Below, piece after piece: positions 49,347-59,269 of a stretch of 64,000 nt of DNA. The stretch is from Pseudomonadota bacterium (GTDB lineage: Bacteria; Myxococcota_A; Polyangia; Fen-1088). Below the pieces are notes generated by a model. That model was not told the origin of the DNA, did not search any database, and saw nothing but the letters and a program-made list of their open reading frames with translations. Made by a program: the position numbers and the translations under genes. Position 1 is the first letter of the stretch, and every line of letters starts with the position of its first letter. The stretch is from the NCBI GenBank assembly GCA_017881315.1, contig JADGRB010000001.1, forward strand, positions 12,564 through 76,563, in the 5' to 3' direction.

Positions 49347-51152
49347 CTACCGAAGCAGATCCAGCAGGACGTCGCCGTAGAGCTCGAGCTTCTTGGGACC
49401 GATGCCCGGGATGCCGAGCAGGGCATCGCCGGAGCGCGGCCGCTCCTCCGCGAGGCGCATCAGCGTCGCGTCGTTGAAGATGACGTAGGCGGGGACACCG
49501 CGCGCCGCGGCCAGCGTTTTGCGCAGCGCCTTGAGCCGCCCGAAGAGCTCGGCCGCCTCGGGCGTCGGCTCGGCCGCCAGCGTCGATCGGGCGGGCGACC
49601 CCGCCGCGTCCGCCGTCGGGCGCCTGGGCTCGCCCCGCACGGAGCGGCCCGCGGCCAGCACGTCGAAGCCAGCGCAGGCGTCGCAGGACTCGCCGCAGGC
49701 CTCCATCTGCTCGCCCAGGTGGCGCACCACCAGCCGGTGGCGGCAGTCGCGCGCCGAGGCGAAGCTGAACATCTCGCGGATCTGCGCGCGCTGCCGGGCG
49801 GCCGTGGCCGGATCGCCCTCGTCGCCGAACCGGTCCCCCGGCCGATCGCTGAAGCGTTCGTAGGCCACCACATCGGCCCACGAATAGAAGAGGACGCAGT
49901 CGCTCGGCAGGCCGTCGCGTCCGGCCCGTCCGATCTCCTGGTAGTAGCTCTCCATCGAGCGTGGCATGTCGCGGTGGATGACGTAACGAACGTTTGATTT
50001 GTCGATCCCCATCCCGAAGGCGACGGTCGCGACGACCACGTCGATCTCGTCGCGCGAAAACGCGTCCTGCACGCGGGTGCGATCGGCGGGCTCCATGCCC
50101 GCGTGGTAGGCCGCGGCCTTGACGTCGCGCTCGCGCAGGAACTCCGCCAGCCCCTCGCAGGACTTGCGCGACAGTGCGTAGATGATGCCGCTCTGTCCTC
50201 GCCGCGCCCGCACCAGGCTCAGGATCGCGGTGCGTACCCCTTTGGCCCCCGCGCCACGCGCGCCGGCCTGGCCGCCTTCGGCCTCCCCCTTGCGGTAGAT
50301 CGAGATGCGCAGATTCGGGCGAAAGAAGCGGCCGCGGAAACAGGCCGGGTCGGCCATCGCGAGCTGCGCGATGATGTCGGCGGTGACGGCGGGCGTCGCG
50401 GTCGCGGTCAGCGCCAGCACCGGCACGCCGCCGAATCTCTTCTTGAGGCCGGTGAGGTTTCGATAGGCCGGCCGGAAATCGTGTCCCCACTGGCTGATGC
50501 AATGCGCTTCGTCGACGGCGATCAGGCGCAGATCGAGATCGGCCAGCACCCGCCCCACCGACGCCTCGATCCCCTCGGGCGCCGCGTAGCAGAGCTCGTA
50601 CTCGCCCGCCGCGAGCGCGCGCACCCGCCGCTGCCTCTCCGCGGGCTCGAGCGACGCGCTCAGGTAGGTCGCCCGCAGCCCGACCTCGTTCATGGCGTCG
50701 ACCTGATCCTTCATGAGCGCGATCAGCGGCGAGACCACCAGCGTGGTGCCCCCCAGGATGCGCGCCGGGATCTGAAAGGTCAGCGATTTGCCCGCGCCGG
50801 TCGGCATGATGCCGACGCAGTCGCGGCCGCTCAAGAGCGCCTCGATGATCTCCTGCTGCCCCGCGCGAAAGGACGGGTAGCCGAATACGTTCTGCAGGAT
50901 CTCGATCGGCGGTGGGCCCGACAGCGGACGCGCTGCCACCTCGCGCGCGATGGTGCGCAAGAAGCCGACCGTCTCGGAGCTGAAGGCCGCCGGGTGCAGT
51001 CGCCAGGCGCCGCGAAGCTCGCTGAGCACGCGGGCGCACGCGGCGCGGAAGGCCGGATCGGCCCGGTCCCCGGCGCGCCAGCGGTCGCCGAGCCGTCGGG
51101 CCTGGATGTTCATGTCGCCGTCGTCTCCGAGCGGCACAGCTTCGATGCTCAT
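49347..51152 (-). CDS. recQ: ATP-dependent DNA helicase RecQ (core helicase plus RQC; no HRDC seen in window)
   Basis: [40 protein letters not shown], and the Zn-binding cluster ([12 protein letters not shown]...CGESCDAC). The N-terminus carries a ~90-aa extension, so the start is uncertain. Confidence 0.85.
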   Translation of the reverse strand: MSIEAVPLGDDGDMNIQARRLGDRWRAGDRADPAFRAACARVLSELRGAWRLHPAAFSSETVGFLRTIAREVAARPLSGPPPIEILQNVFGYPSFRAGQQEIIEALLSGRDCVGIMPTGAGKSLTFQIPARILGGTTLVVSPLIALMKDQVDAMNEVGLRATYLSASLEPAERQRRVRALAAGEYELCYAAPEGIEASVGRVLADLDLRLIAVDEAHCISQWGHDFRPAYRNLTGLKKRFGGVPVLALTATATPAVTADIIAQLAMADPACFRGRFFRPNLRISIYRKGEAEGGQAGARGAGAKGVRTAILSLVRARRGQSGIIYALSRKSCEGLAEFLRERDVKAAAYHAGMEPADRTRVQDAFSRDEIDVVVATVAFGMGIDKSNVRYVIHRDMPRSMESYYQEIGRAGRDGLPSDCVLFYSWADVVAYERFSDRPGDRFGDEGDPATAARQRAQIREMFSFASARDCRHRLVVRHLGEQMEACGESCDACAGFDVLAAGRSVRGEPRRPTADAAGSPARSTLAAEPTPEAAELFGRLKALRKTLAAARGVPAYVIFNDATLMRLAEERPRSGDALLGIPGIGPKKLELYGDVLLDLLR

Positions 51153-51234
51153 GCGTGGTTATCGGCCGCCACGTTAGCGAAGTGGCTTGTTGTCGTCGAG
51201 AGCGACCTTAGATTTCTGGTGGAGGCAGAGCACC

Positions 51235-51660
51235 ATGCGTCAGACATTCTTCTTGGCGGGTCGGATCTTGCTGGGTGGTTATTACCTGATGGGCGCGTTT
51301 CATCACTTCGCGGACGTCGGAAAGATGGCGGGCCTCGCGGGGGCGCACGGCGTCCCGATGCCGGAGGTCGCGGTGGTGGTGGCCGGCATCCTGCTGGCGG
51401 TGGCCGGACTCTCGCTGCTCCTGGGGATCTATCCCGCGGTCGGGGTGGCTGCGGTGGCGCTGTTCCTGGTTCCGGTGACCTTGAGCATGCACGCCTTCTG
51501 GGCCGATCATAATCCGATGATGCGTCAGATGGACATCATCAACTTTGGCAAGAACGTGGCACTGCTGGGATCCTCCCTGATGTTCCTGGTGATCCCGCGC
51601 CCCTGGGCCTACAGCGTCGAGGAGCACATCCACCTGCCGATCCGCGCGCGGGTCGTTTGA
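51235..51660 (+). CDS. DoxX-family membrane protein
   Basis: FFLAGRILLGGYYLMGAFHHF, with four TM helices. ATG at 51235 is preceded by GGAGG. Confidence 0.65.
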   Translation: MRQTFFLAGRILLGGYYLMGAFHHFADVGKMAGLAGAHGVPMPEVAVVVAGILLAVAGLSLLLGIYPAVGVAAVALFLVPVTLSMHAFWADHNPMMRQMDIINFGKNVALLGSSLMFLVIPRPWAYSVEEHIHLPIRARVV

Positions 51661-51670
51661 ACCGAGATCC

Positions 51671-52516
51671 TCAGCTACTCGCCGAGGTGTAGAGCGCGAG
51701 GGCCCGGCGCCAGACGCGGCGGGCGATCGCGGCGAACGCCAGACCGCCCCCCAGGGCGGCCAGGGCGGTCTTCAAGTCCAGGCGGCCGAGCAGCGCCATG
51801 GCGGGGTAGGTGGTGAGCAGCGCGATCGGGAAGACGAAGGTGAAGACCACCCGCAGCGCGCCGCGAAAGACGGTGATCGGCCAGCGGGCGGCGTCGAACA
51901 GCGACCCGAACAGGTAGGAGAGGTTGTCGACCTTGATCACCCAGAACGAGGCGCTGACCACCAGGATCCAGATCGAATAGAGGATGATGATCGCGAGGCC
52001 CAGGAACGCCACCCCGGTCCCCAGATTGAGCAGCGACGGCCAGCGGCCGATCTTGCCGAAGGCGTAGGCGAAGAGAGCGAGCGCGCCCACCACGTCGACC
52101 AGGTGCCAGGGCTCGATCTTCGCGGTCGACACCAGGAACTGCGCGTCGGCCGGCTTGAGCAGCACGAAGTCGAGCGTGCCGTGGCGGACGTGCTCGACGA
52201 CGGCGGTGAGGCTGGGGCTGACCGCGCCCTCCAGCACGGCGCGCAGGAGCGTGAACCAGGCGACCACCACCAGCGACTCGGGGAACGACCACCCGGCGAC
52301 GCTCTTGCGGACGCCGAAGACCACCAGCACCGGCACCAGCGTGACGCCCATCCAGAGGATCGCGATCAGCCCCTTCACCACGAAGTCGGCCCGGTATTGC
52401 ATCGCGGTGAGCGCCGACATCGCGAGCTGCACGCGGAAGAGGCCCGCATAGCGCCGCAAGAGCGCGGCCGGTCCCGCCCGACGGGGTCTGATTTCGTTGG
52501 CCGCCGTCGCCGTCAT
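51671..52516 (-). CDS. ABC-2 type transporter permease
   Basis: Six hydrophobic segments with an ABC-2/DUF990-like pattern. Operonic with 52535..53377 and the ATPase. Confidence 0.7.
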   Translation of the reverse strand: MTATAANEIRPRRAGPAALLRRYAGLFRVQLAMSALTAMQYRADFVVKGLIAILWMGVTLVPVLVVFGVRKSVAGWSFPESLVVVAWFTLLRAVLEGAVSPSLTAVVEHVRHGTLDFVLLKPADAQFLVSTAKIEPWHLVDVVGALALFAYAFGKIGRWPSLLNLGTGVAFLGLAIIILYSIWILVVSASFWVIKVDNLSYLFGSLFDAARWPITVFRGALRVVFTFVFPIALLTTYPAMALLGRLDLKTALAALGGGLAFAAIARRVWRRALALYTSASS

Positions 52517-52534
52517 CCGTCAGCCGTCAATCCG

Positions 52535-53377
52535 TCATCCGCCATAGGCCGAGAAGTGGCGGACGCCCACCCGCCAGACACCGACCGCCGCCGCGCCGAA
52601 GAAGGCCACGTATCCCCACTGGGCCGCGAGCGCCCAGAGGGCGTCGTGCCGGGAGAGCAGACCGACCAGGGCCTCGACGGGAAACCCGAGCATGAATCGG
52701 AAGGGTAAGACATTGGCCGCCGCGCCCGCCCAGTGCGGCAGCGCCTCGAGCGGGACCAGATAGCCGGACAGGATCGCGTGCACGCCCAGCCACAGCTCGA
52801 AGATGCCCAGCGCGCTCTCGACGAAAAAGGCCAGCGCGCCCATCAGGATCATCGTGAAGAAGATCAGCAACCAGGCGCCCACCAGCGAGGCGACGAAGAC
52901 CAGAGCCAGCGCGCCGTCGTGCCGCAGCAGCCGATCCCAACCCACATAGGCCAGGATCGCGACCGCCGGTGAGATCACCAGCGCCCGCATCGGCACCGCC
53001 GAAAGATGATCGGCCGCCAGCGCATAGATCGGATGGATCGGGCGCAAGAGCTTGGCCGACAGCGTGCCGTCGCGGATCTCCATCGACAGCTGCCAGACTA
53101 CCCAGTTGCTGGTCAGCAGGCGCACCGCCAGCACGCCCAGGTAGTAGGTGGTGAAGGCGCGCTGATCGAAATGCCCGACCGGTCCGTCCGCGGCCACCGC
53201 GTGCCAGATCGCCAGCATGACGAGCGGCATGTTGGTGGTGAGGATCCAGACCAAGAACTCCGCGCGGTAGGCGACCACCTCCGAGACGCCCACGCGCAGC
53301 AGGGTCGGGAAGGCCTTGGCCACCCGGCCGAGCTCGCTGGTGAAACCCGGCCGCGCCGGGACCGCGTCCAGGCTCAC
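52535..53377 (-). CDS. ABC-2 type transporter permease (paralog)
   Basis: Six TM segments. Its stop overlaps the downstream permease region and its start overlaps the ATPase stop (4 nt). Confidence 0.7.
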   Translation of the reverse strand: MSLDAVPARPGFTSELGRVAKAFPTLLRVGVSEVVAYRAEFLVWILTTNMPLVMLAIWHAVAADGPVGHFDQRAFTTYYLGVLAVRLLTSNWVVWQLSMEIRDGTLSAKLLRPIHPIYALAADHLSAVPMRALVISPAVAILAYVGWDRLLRHDGALALVFVASLVGAWLLIFFTMILMGALAFFVESALGIFELWLGVHAILSGYLVPLEALPHWAGAAANVLPFRFMLGFPVEALVGLLSRHDALWALAAQWGYVAFFGAAAVGVWRVGVRHFSAYGG

Positions 53378-54393
53378 CCGTGCGCGCGCGATACCTGGCG
53401 CGCCTCTTTTTCGCGGGCCCCGAACAGCTCGCGCATCACCTCTTCCAAGGGCGCCTCTTCGATGGTGAGGTCGACGATCGGCAGCGCCGACAGCGCCCCC
53501 TGCACCACCGTCGAAAGGCGCGCGTGCGGCACCGAAAGCACCGCCTGCGCGGCGTCCGCCGAGACCACGGTTCCGAGCTTCTCCAGGTCCGCCCGGTCGA
53601 CCGGGCGCGACAGCCGCAGGGTCATGCGCTTGTCGGGTCGCACCCGCCGCGCCAGCTCGCGCAGATCTCCATCGTAGATGAGACGGCCGTGATCGATCAC
53701 CACCACCCTCGGGCAGAGCGCCACCACGTCGTCCATGTAGTGGCTGGTGAGCAGCACCGCGGCGCCGAACCGTTCGTTGTAGTCGCGGATGAAGTCGCGC
53801 ATCTTGGCCTGCATCGACACGTCGAGCCCGATGGTCGGCTCGTCGAGGAACAGGACGCGCGGCCGGTGCAGCAGCGCCGCGACCAGCTCACACTTCATCC
53901 GCTCGCCCAGCGACAGCTGACGGGTCGGCTTGTTGACCAGGTCGCCGATCTCGAGTAGCTCGACCAGCGTCCGCACGGTTTCGTCGGCCTGCGCGCGGGG
54001 GATGTCGTAGATGGCGCGGTTCATGGCGTAGGTCTCGGACGGGGGCAGGTCCCAGAGCAGCTGCTGCTTCTGCCCCATCACCAGCGTGATGAGCTGGAGA
54101 AACCGTGGGTCCCGCTCGTGCGGCACGTAGGAGCCGACGCGGACGCTGCCCGAGGTCGGGTGCAGAAGGCCCGCCAGCACCTTGAGCGTGGTGGTCTTGC
54201 CGGCGCCGTTCGGGCCGAGGAAGCCGACCCGCTCCCCGTCGGCGATCTGGAACGACAGCTCCTCGACCGCCTTGACCACCTCGTATTTGCGCCTGAGAAC
54301 CGACCGGAGCGCCGCGCCCAGGCCAGGCGCACGCTTGTGCACGCGGTAGGTCTTCGAGAGGGTACGGACGTCGATCATGGCATTTTCGGACAT
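53374..54393 (-). CDS. ABC transporter ATP-binding protein
   Basis: Walker A GPNGAGKTT, signature LSLGERMK, Walker B LLFLDEPT, H-loop TSHYM. Start at MSENAMIDVR. The track ORF extends 95 codons further upstream through a low-complexity region. Confidence 0.85.
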   Translation of the reverse strand: MSENAMIDVRTLSKTYRVHKRAPGLGAALRSVLRRKYEVVKAVEELSFQIADGERVGFLGPNGAGKTTTLKVLAGLLHPTSGSVRVGSYVPHERDPRFLQLITLVMGQKQQLLWDLPPSETYAMNRAIYDIPRAQADETVRTLVELLEIGDLVNKPTRQLSLGERMKCELVAALLHRPRVLFLDEPTIGLDVSMQAKMRDFIRDYNERFGAAVLLTSHYMDDVVALCPRVVVIDHGRLIYDGDLRELARRVRPDKRMTLRLSRPVDRADLEKLGTVVSADAAQAVLSVPHARLSTVVQGALSALPIVDLTIEEAPLEEVMRELFGAREKEARQVSRAHG

Positions 54394-54562
54394 GAGGATT
54401 GGGGGCGGAGGTCGGCGCGGGCCCGGTTCAATCGTACACGGGTAACCCGCGGATGTGCGTGTGGTTACGTCGGTGTAACGGATCATGCGCCCGGTCGCAA
54501 TGGTTCCCAACTGACCCGAGGGATCGGCGGTTGGTTTCGTTCTTGCAGTTCCAGAGATCGCC

Positions 54563-55006
54563 ATGAAAACCAACCCGAGAATCAACAAACCCGCGAAACT
54601 GGTGCTCAAGCGCCGATACCGGATCCTGGTCGTCGACGACGACCTGGACACGCGTGAGCTGGTGGCCGCTGCGCTCATCGAGACGGGCTATGCGGCCGAG
54701 GTTGCCCAGGACGGATTCGACGCGGTCGCCAAGCTCCAGGCGCTCACGCCCGACCTGGTGCTGACCGATCTCATGATGCCGGGCATGCATGGGGTCGATC
54801 TCGCGCAATGGATCCGGACCTACAAGCCGGGCCTTCCCGTCATCGTCATCACCGGCAGAGAGACCTTTGGTCTGCGCACCGACGCCGAGGCCTATGGCGC
54901 GCTCGCCTGCCTGGTGAAGCCGGTCAATCTGGAAGAGCTGCTCTGGACGATCGATCGCGCGCTGGTCCAGAGCGGCATCGATCGGCCGGCGCTTCCCCCG
55001 AGCTAG
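54563..55006 (+). CDS. Single-domain response regulator (CheY-like receiver)
   Basis: ILVVDDD, LVLTDLMMPGMHG, VIVITG, LVKP: all canonical receiver residues are present. Confidence 0.8.
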   Translation: MKTNPRINKPAKLVLKRRYRILVVDDDLDTRELVAAALIETGYAAEVAQDGFDAVAKLQALTPDLVLTDLMMPGMHGVDLAQWIRTYKPGLPVIVITGRETFGLRTDAEAYGALACLVKPVNLEELLWTIDRALVQSGIDRPALPPS

Positions 55007-55461
55007 GCCGGATGACGTTGGGGGACGATCAAGATCGGGCACGGGGTGTGCCTCACCACCCGCTCGGCGACGCTGCCCATGAGCGCGTGGGAGAGCCCGC
55101 TGCGGCCGTGGGTCCCCATCACGATCAGGTCCGCCTTGGTCGCGGTCGCGCGGGCCACGATCTCGGTGTCCGGGCGGCCGAACAGCGTCGCGCTCTCACA
55201 GGCGAGGCCGGCGGCGCGAACCCGGGACTCCTCGTTGGCGAGGCCTGTGGTGGCCTGCTCCAGCGACTTGGTCATGTCGAAGGGAAGCGTCGCGAAGTCG
55301 ACCGGCGGCGGCAACACATAAGAAACGGCCAGCGCCACGTGCACCAGGTCCAGCTTTCCGCCGAACGCGCTCGCGAAGGCCATCGCGGTGGCCAGCGCCT
55401 CGTTCGAGGGGTCCGAAAAATCGGTGGGTACCAGGATTCTTTGGATCGAACGTAGCTCCAT
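55003..55461 (-). CDS. Universal stress protein (UspA family)
   Basis: ILVPTDFSD N-terminus and ATP-binding VMGTHGRSGLSHALMGSVAERV. Start at MELRSIQ. Confidence 0.75.
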   Translation of the reverse strand: MELRSIQRILVPTDFSDPSNEALATAMAFASAFGGKLDLVHVALAVSYVLPPPVDFATLPFDMTKSLEQATTGLANEESRVRAAGLACESATLFGRPDTEIVARATATKADLIVMGTHGRSGLSHALMGSVAERVVRHTPCPILIVPQRHPA

Positions 55462-55549
55462 AGGTGGGCAATCTAGCCTCGAACCCATCGGAATCGAGGC
55501 AATTCTTTGACCGGCTTGACGCGTCCCCGGGGGTTTGGCAGGAAGGCGC

Positions 55550-56761
55550 ATGCCCAAGCAGCTGGTCGCCCCCCGCATCCGTAGCTTCATCTGTCTGAAC
55601 GCTCACCCGGGGGGGTGCGCCGCCAACGTCGACGCGGAGATCGCGGTCGCGACGACCGGCGCTCCGGGCACCGGCCTGCGCGATGCCCTGGTGGTGGGCG
55701 CCAGCACCGGCTACGGGCTGTCCAGCCTGGTGAGCGCGATCTTCGGCTACGGCGCGCGCGGCACGGCGGTCTGCCTGGAACGGCCACCGCAGGGGGAAAA
55801 GACCGCTTCGGCGGGCTGGTACAACCTGGCCGCCGTCGAGCGCCGCGCGCGGGAGCACGGACGCGAGCTCTCGGTCGTCAATGGGGATGCCTTCAGCGAC
55901 GAGATCAAGCGCGACACCCTGGCCCGGCTCGCGCGTGCCGGCACCAAGCTGGATTGCGTCGTCTACAGCCTCGCCAGCCCCAAGCGGACCGACCCCCAAA
56001 CTGGCGTCAGCTACAGCTCGGCGCTCAAGCCGATCGGTGCGCCGTTTCGCAGCCGGAGCATCAACCTCGGCAACGATCAGGTGACCCCGGTCGAGATCGG
56101 CCCGGCCAGCGACGCCGAGATCGAGGCGACGCGCAAGGTGATGGGAGGCGAGGACTTCGCGGCCTGGATCCGCGCGCTCGAGGAGGCCGAGCTGCTGGCC
56201 GAAGGTTGTCGCGTCGTCGCGTACAGCTACATCGGACCAGCGCTGACCTTCCCGATCTACCGCTCGGGGACCATCGGCAAGGCCAAGGAGGATCTCGAAG
56301 CCACGGCCCGGACGCTGTCGACGGCGCTGGCCTCGCGCCTCCGAGGCGCGGCCTACGTGAGCGTGAACAAGGCGCTCGTCACCCAGGCGTCGGCGGCGAT
56401 CCCGGTGGTTCCGCTCTATATCAGCCTGCTCTACAAGGTGATGAAGGAGGCCGGAACACACGAGGGGACTGCCCAGCAGATCGCGCGTCTCTTTCGCGAT
56501 CACCTCGCACCCGGGCGCAGCCCGGCCACCGACGAAGCGGGCCGCATCCGCATCGACGACCTCGAGATGGAGGCCGGCGTCCAGGCGCGCGTGGCCGCGC
56601 TCTGGGAGACGGTCACGACCGAGAACCTGTTCGAGGTGACCGACTACGCGGGCTTCAAGACCGATTTTCGCCGTCTCTTCGGCTTCGAGATCCCCGGCGT
56701 CGACTACGCCACCCCGGTCGAGACCGACCTGCCCATCGCATCGGTTGCCGCGGCGCTATAA
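55550..56761 (+). CDS. fabV: Trans-2-enoyl-CoA/ACP reductase FabV
   Basis: The N-terminus PRIRSFICLNAHPGGCAANV matches the FabV RGFICVTAHPAGCEANV signature. Length is ~400 aa, with a Tyr-x8-Lys active site region (YSYIGPALTFPIYRSGTIGKAK). Confidence 0.85.
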   Translation: MPKQLVAPRIRSFICLNAHPGGCAANVDAEIAVATTGAPGTGLRDALVVGASTGYGLSSLVSAIFGYGARGTAVCLERPPQGEKTASAGWYNLAAVERRAREHGRELSVVNGDAFSDEIKRDTLARLARAGTKLDCVVYSLASPKRTDPQTGVSYSSALKPIGAPFRSRSINLGNDQVTPVEIGPASDAEIEATRKVMGGEDFAAWIRALEEAELLAEGCRVVAYSYIGPALTFPIYRSGTIGKAKEDLEATARTLSTALASRLRGAAYVSVNKALVTQASAAIPVVPLYISLLYKVMKEAGTHEGTAQQIARLFRDHLAPGRSPATDEAGRIRIDDLEMEAGVQARVAALWETVTTENLFEVTDYAGFKTDFRRLFGFEIPGVDYATPVETDLPIASVAAAL

Positions 56762-56771
56762 TCCCTCGGTC

Positions 56772-56978
56772 ATGCAGCGTTCGGTTTCGCTCAAGGTGAT
56801 CGTTCACTGCCCCCACTTCGGGCGTCCGGTGACCGCCACGCGCAACCTGGCCATCGACAGGCTGGTGGCCTGCACGGACAGCGAGCTCTGCCGAGATCCC
56901 AACCCCGTCGCCGCCCCGACCGAGCACGCGCGCCCATTTCCGCGCGGCTGCCCGGTGTTCCCCTCGCTCGCCAAGTAG
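56772..56978 (+). CDS. Small Cys-containing protein (68 aa), hypothetical
   Basis: High GC3 (about 80%). Four Cys (HCPHF, VAC, ELC, GCP) suggest a possible small metal-binding protein. No recognisable family. Confidence 0.35.
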   Translation: MQRSVSLKVIVHCPHFGRPVTATRNLAIDRLVACTDSELCRDPNPVAAPTEHARPFPRGCPVFPSLAK

Positions 56979-57018
56979 CGGCAGCGCGACGGCCGCTCGC
57001 CTGTCGGCGATCGCCTTG

Positions 57019-57340
57019 CTACTTGGGCATCGGCTCGTCGTCGGTCGACGGCGCGGAGGACTTCTTCTTGCCGGCCTTCTTGGGCTTTTCGGCGGCCTTG
57101 TCGGCTTTGTCGGCCTTGTCGGCCGCCTTGCTGGCTTTGTCGGCCGATTTGCTGGCTTTGTCGGCTGATTGGTCGGCCTTGCTGGCCGCCTTGTCGGCCT
57201 TCTCTGCTGACTTGTCGGCCTTGTCGGCGGCTTTGTCGGCGGCCTTGTCGGCCTTGTCGGCTTTGTCGGCCTTGGCTTTTCCGGCCTTGTCGCCCTTGGC
57301 CTTCCCGCCCTTGCCCTTGCCCTTGCCCGCGCGATCGGGC
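57019..57340. repeat. Degenerate 12-18 bp tandem DNA repeats encoding the AKADKADK tail
   Basis: Plus-strand units GCCTTGTCGGCC / GCTTTGTCGGCC / GCCTTGCTGGCC are repeated about 20 times. Confidence 0.5.
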
Positions 57341-58782
57341 GACGGGTTGATGTCCTCGGGCTCGGGTTGGGTCTGGATCTTTTCGCTGCCGGAGAGCAAC
57401 CGGAACTCGATGCGCCGGTTCTTTTCGGTGCCCTCTTTGGTGGCGTTGTCGGCGATCGGTTTATCGGGGCCGTAGCCGATGGTGCCGATGCGGCTCTCGT
57501 CGATGCCGGCCGAGACCAGGAACGCCTTCACCGCTTCCGCCCGCTTGCGCGAAAGCTTCATGTTGAACTCGCGCTTACCCTCTGTGGATGTATGGCCGGA
57601 GATCTCCACCCGCAGGGCCGGGTAGTCCTTGAAGACGATGATCGCCTGCTTGAGCAGCGGGAAGGACGAGGCCTTGATGTCGGCCGAGTTGCGCCGGAAG
57701 TTGATCCCCTTGACGACGCCGGTGAAGGCCTTGACCGCCACCGGGACCTCGTCGGGGCAGCCGTCCTCGTCCTGGTACCCGTTCTTGGTCTCGGGCTCGT
57801 TCGGGCACTTGTCCTTCTCGTCGAGAATGCCGTCCTTGTCGTTGTCGGGATCCGGGCAGCCGTCGGCGTCCTCGAAGCCGTCCTTGTCCTCGGGGTCGTC
57901 GGGGCACTTGTCCGCCGAGTCGACGATGCCGTCGTGGTCGCGATCCTCCTCGGGGCAGCCGTCGCGCTCCTTCGGGCCGGCCTTGTCGGGGCACTTGTCC
58001 AGGCGGTCGACGATGCCGTCGCCGTCGGTGTCCTTGTCGGGGCAGCCCTTGTTCTCCTTCGGACCGGCCTCGTTCGGACAGTTGTCCTTGTCGTCGGTGA
58101 TGCCGTCGCCGTCGGTGTCCTTGACGAGCTGCGCGACCGGCTCGGGCGGCGGGGGCGCGTGGCCGCCCAGCGTGACGCCGAAGCCGAGCGTGACCTCCCA
58201 GTCGGGAGAGAAACCGTTGTTCTTGACGTTGGGGGCCGCCAGGGCCCGGCCGTCGAGCCGCAGGTGCAAAAGCTCGGTGAGGGCGAACTTGGCGCCGAGG
58301 CCGACGTAGAAGTTCGCGTCGGTATCGTTCTTCTTGATGGCCGTATAGCTTCCGTCGCCGGAGGACGCGAGAACCGAGGTCGCGCCGACGCCGGCCAGCA
58401 CGAACGGCGTCACCGGGCCGGGGAGGATGATGTTGTAGCGAAGGTGGATGCGCAACGCGCTGATGAAGAGGCTCTTGCCCTGCTGGTTGTCCTTGGTGGG
58501 CATGCCCAGCGCTTCGCCTTCGATCGCGAACATTGGGTGGAGCACCAAGGCGGTGCGGATCCCAAAGGTCACCGAGCTCTTGGGGCTGGGCAGCGTGGGG
58601 TCATCGGCGACGCCCAGCTCGAGATCCTTGGCGAACCAATGGTAGCCACCGGTCACGCCGAGCTCGACTTTGATCCCCTCGCTGTTGTCTTGCGCCGCGG
58701 CGTTGCGAGCCCCGAACAAGATGCAAACGCCCAAGGCGGCCGCCAGGGCGCCGCGCGATCTCCACTCGAGGATCTGTGCCAT
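57019..58782 (-). CDS. OmpA-family outer-membrane protein with thrombospondin type-3 (Ca-binding) repeats and a Lys/Ala-rich C-terminal tail
   Basis: Signal peptide, a beta-rich N-domain, six or more DxDxDGxxDxxDxCP repeats (DTDGDGITDDKDNCP, DTDGDGIVDRLDKCP, DRDHDGIVDSADKCP ...), and an OmpA_C domain (NMKLSRKRAEAVKAFL...NRRIEF). The tail is GKAKGDKAGKAKADKADKAADKAADKADK...KKAGKKK. Confidence 0.85.
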   Translation of the reverse strand: MAQILEWRSRGALAAALGVCILFGARNAAAQDNSEGIKVELGVTGGYHWFAKDLELGVADDPTLPSPKSSVTFGIRTALVLHPMFAIEGEALGMPTKDNQQGKSLFISALRIHLRYNIILPGPVTPFVLAGVGATSVLASSGDGSYTAIKKNDTDANFYVGLGAKFALTELLHLRLDGRALAAPNVKNNGFSPDWEVTLGFGVTLGGHAPPPPEPVAQLVKDTDGDGITDDKDNCPNEAGPKENKGCPDKDTDGDGIVDRLDKCPDKAGPKERDGCPEEDRDHDGIVDSADKCPDDPEDKDGFEDADGCPDPDNDKDGILDEKDKCPNEPETKNGYQDEDGCPDEVPVAVKAFTGVVKGINFRRNSADIKASSFPLLKQAIIVFKDYPALRVEISGHTSTEGKREFNMKLSRKRAEAVKAFLVSAGIDESRIGTIGYGPDKPIADNATKEGTEKNRRIEFRLLSGSEKIQTQPEPEDINPSPDRAGKGKGKGGKAKGDKAGKAKADKADKADKAADKAADKADKSAEKADKAASKADQSADKASKSADKASKAADKADKADKAAEKPKKAGKKKSSAPSTDDEPMPK

Positions 58783-58926
58783 GGCCTGCCACTATAACGC
58801 GTTTGGCCCTCGCCGAAAATTCCGCCGCGTCGCGCAGCGAATATTTGTCCGGGACGGCGGTGGCCGCGCTATAAGCTCAGGCGCTCGACGGCCGGTCCGT
58901 CTTCACAGACCACACGAGGAGGAACC

Positions 58927-59232
58927 ATGATCCGTTTTGCCGCCCCGCTCTCCGCCGCTGCGCTGCTTTTCCTGCTCACCGGGACCGCCGGCGCCGCCGA
59001 CGAGGGGAAGTGTACCATCGCAATCAAGGGCGACTCCCCGACGGCCCGGGCCTGCACAAAAGGCGGCCGGGCCGAAGCGAAGAAGATGATGAAGGAGATG
59101 GTCAAGCAGGCCAAGGGCAGCGGGCAGAAGTTCACCTGCGACGGTTGCCACAAGGATCTCGACAACTACGAGCTGACCAAGACGGCGCCCGAAGATTTCA
59201 AGAAGCTGGAAGCCGCCCAAAAAACCAAGTGA
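58927..59232 (+). CDS. Small secreted protein with a single CXXCH motif (candidate mini c-type cytochrome or disulfide protein)
   Basis: Signal peptide MIRFAAPLSAAALLFLLTGTAGAA. Mature ~77 aa with 4 Cys including FTCDGCHKD. RBS GAGGAGG precedes the ATG. Confidence 0.55.
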   Translation: MIRFAAPLSAAALLFLLTGTAGAADEGKCTIAIKGDSPTARACTKGGRAEAKKMMKEMVKQAKGSGQKFTCDGCHKDLDNYELTKTAPEDFKKLEAAQKTK

Positions 59233-59269
59233 GGCCGGAGCGGCGTAACGCCCGCGCCGCGGATAAACG

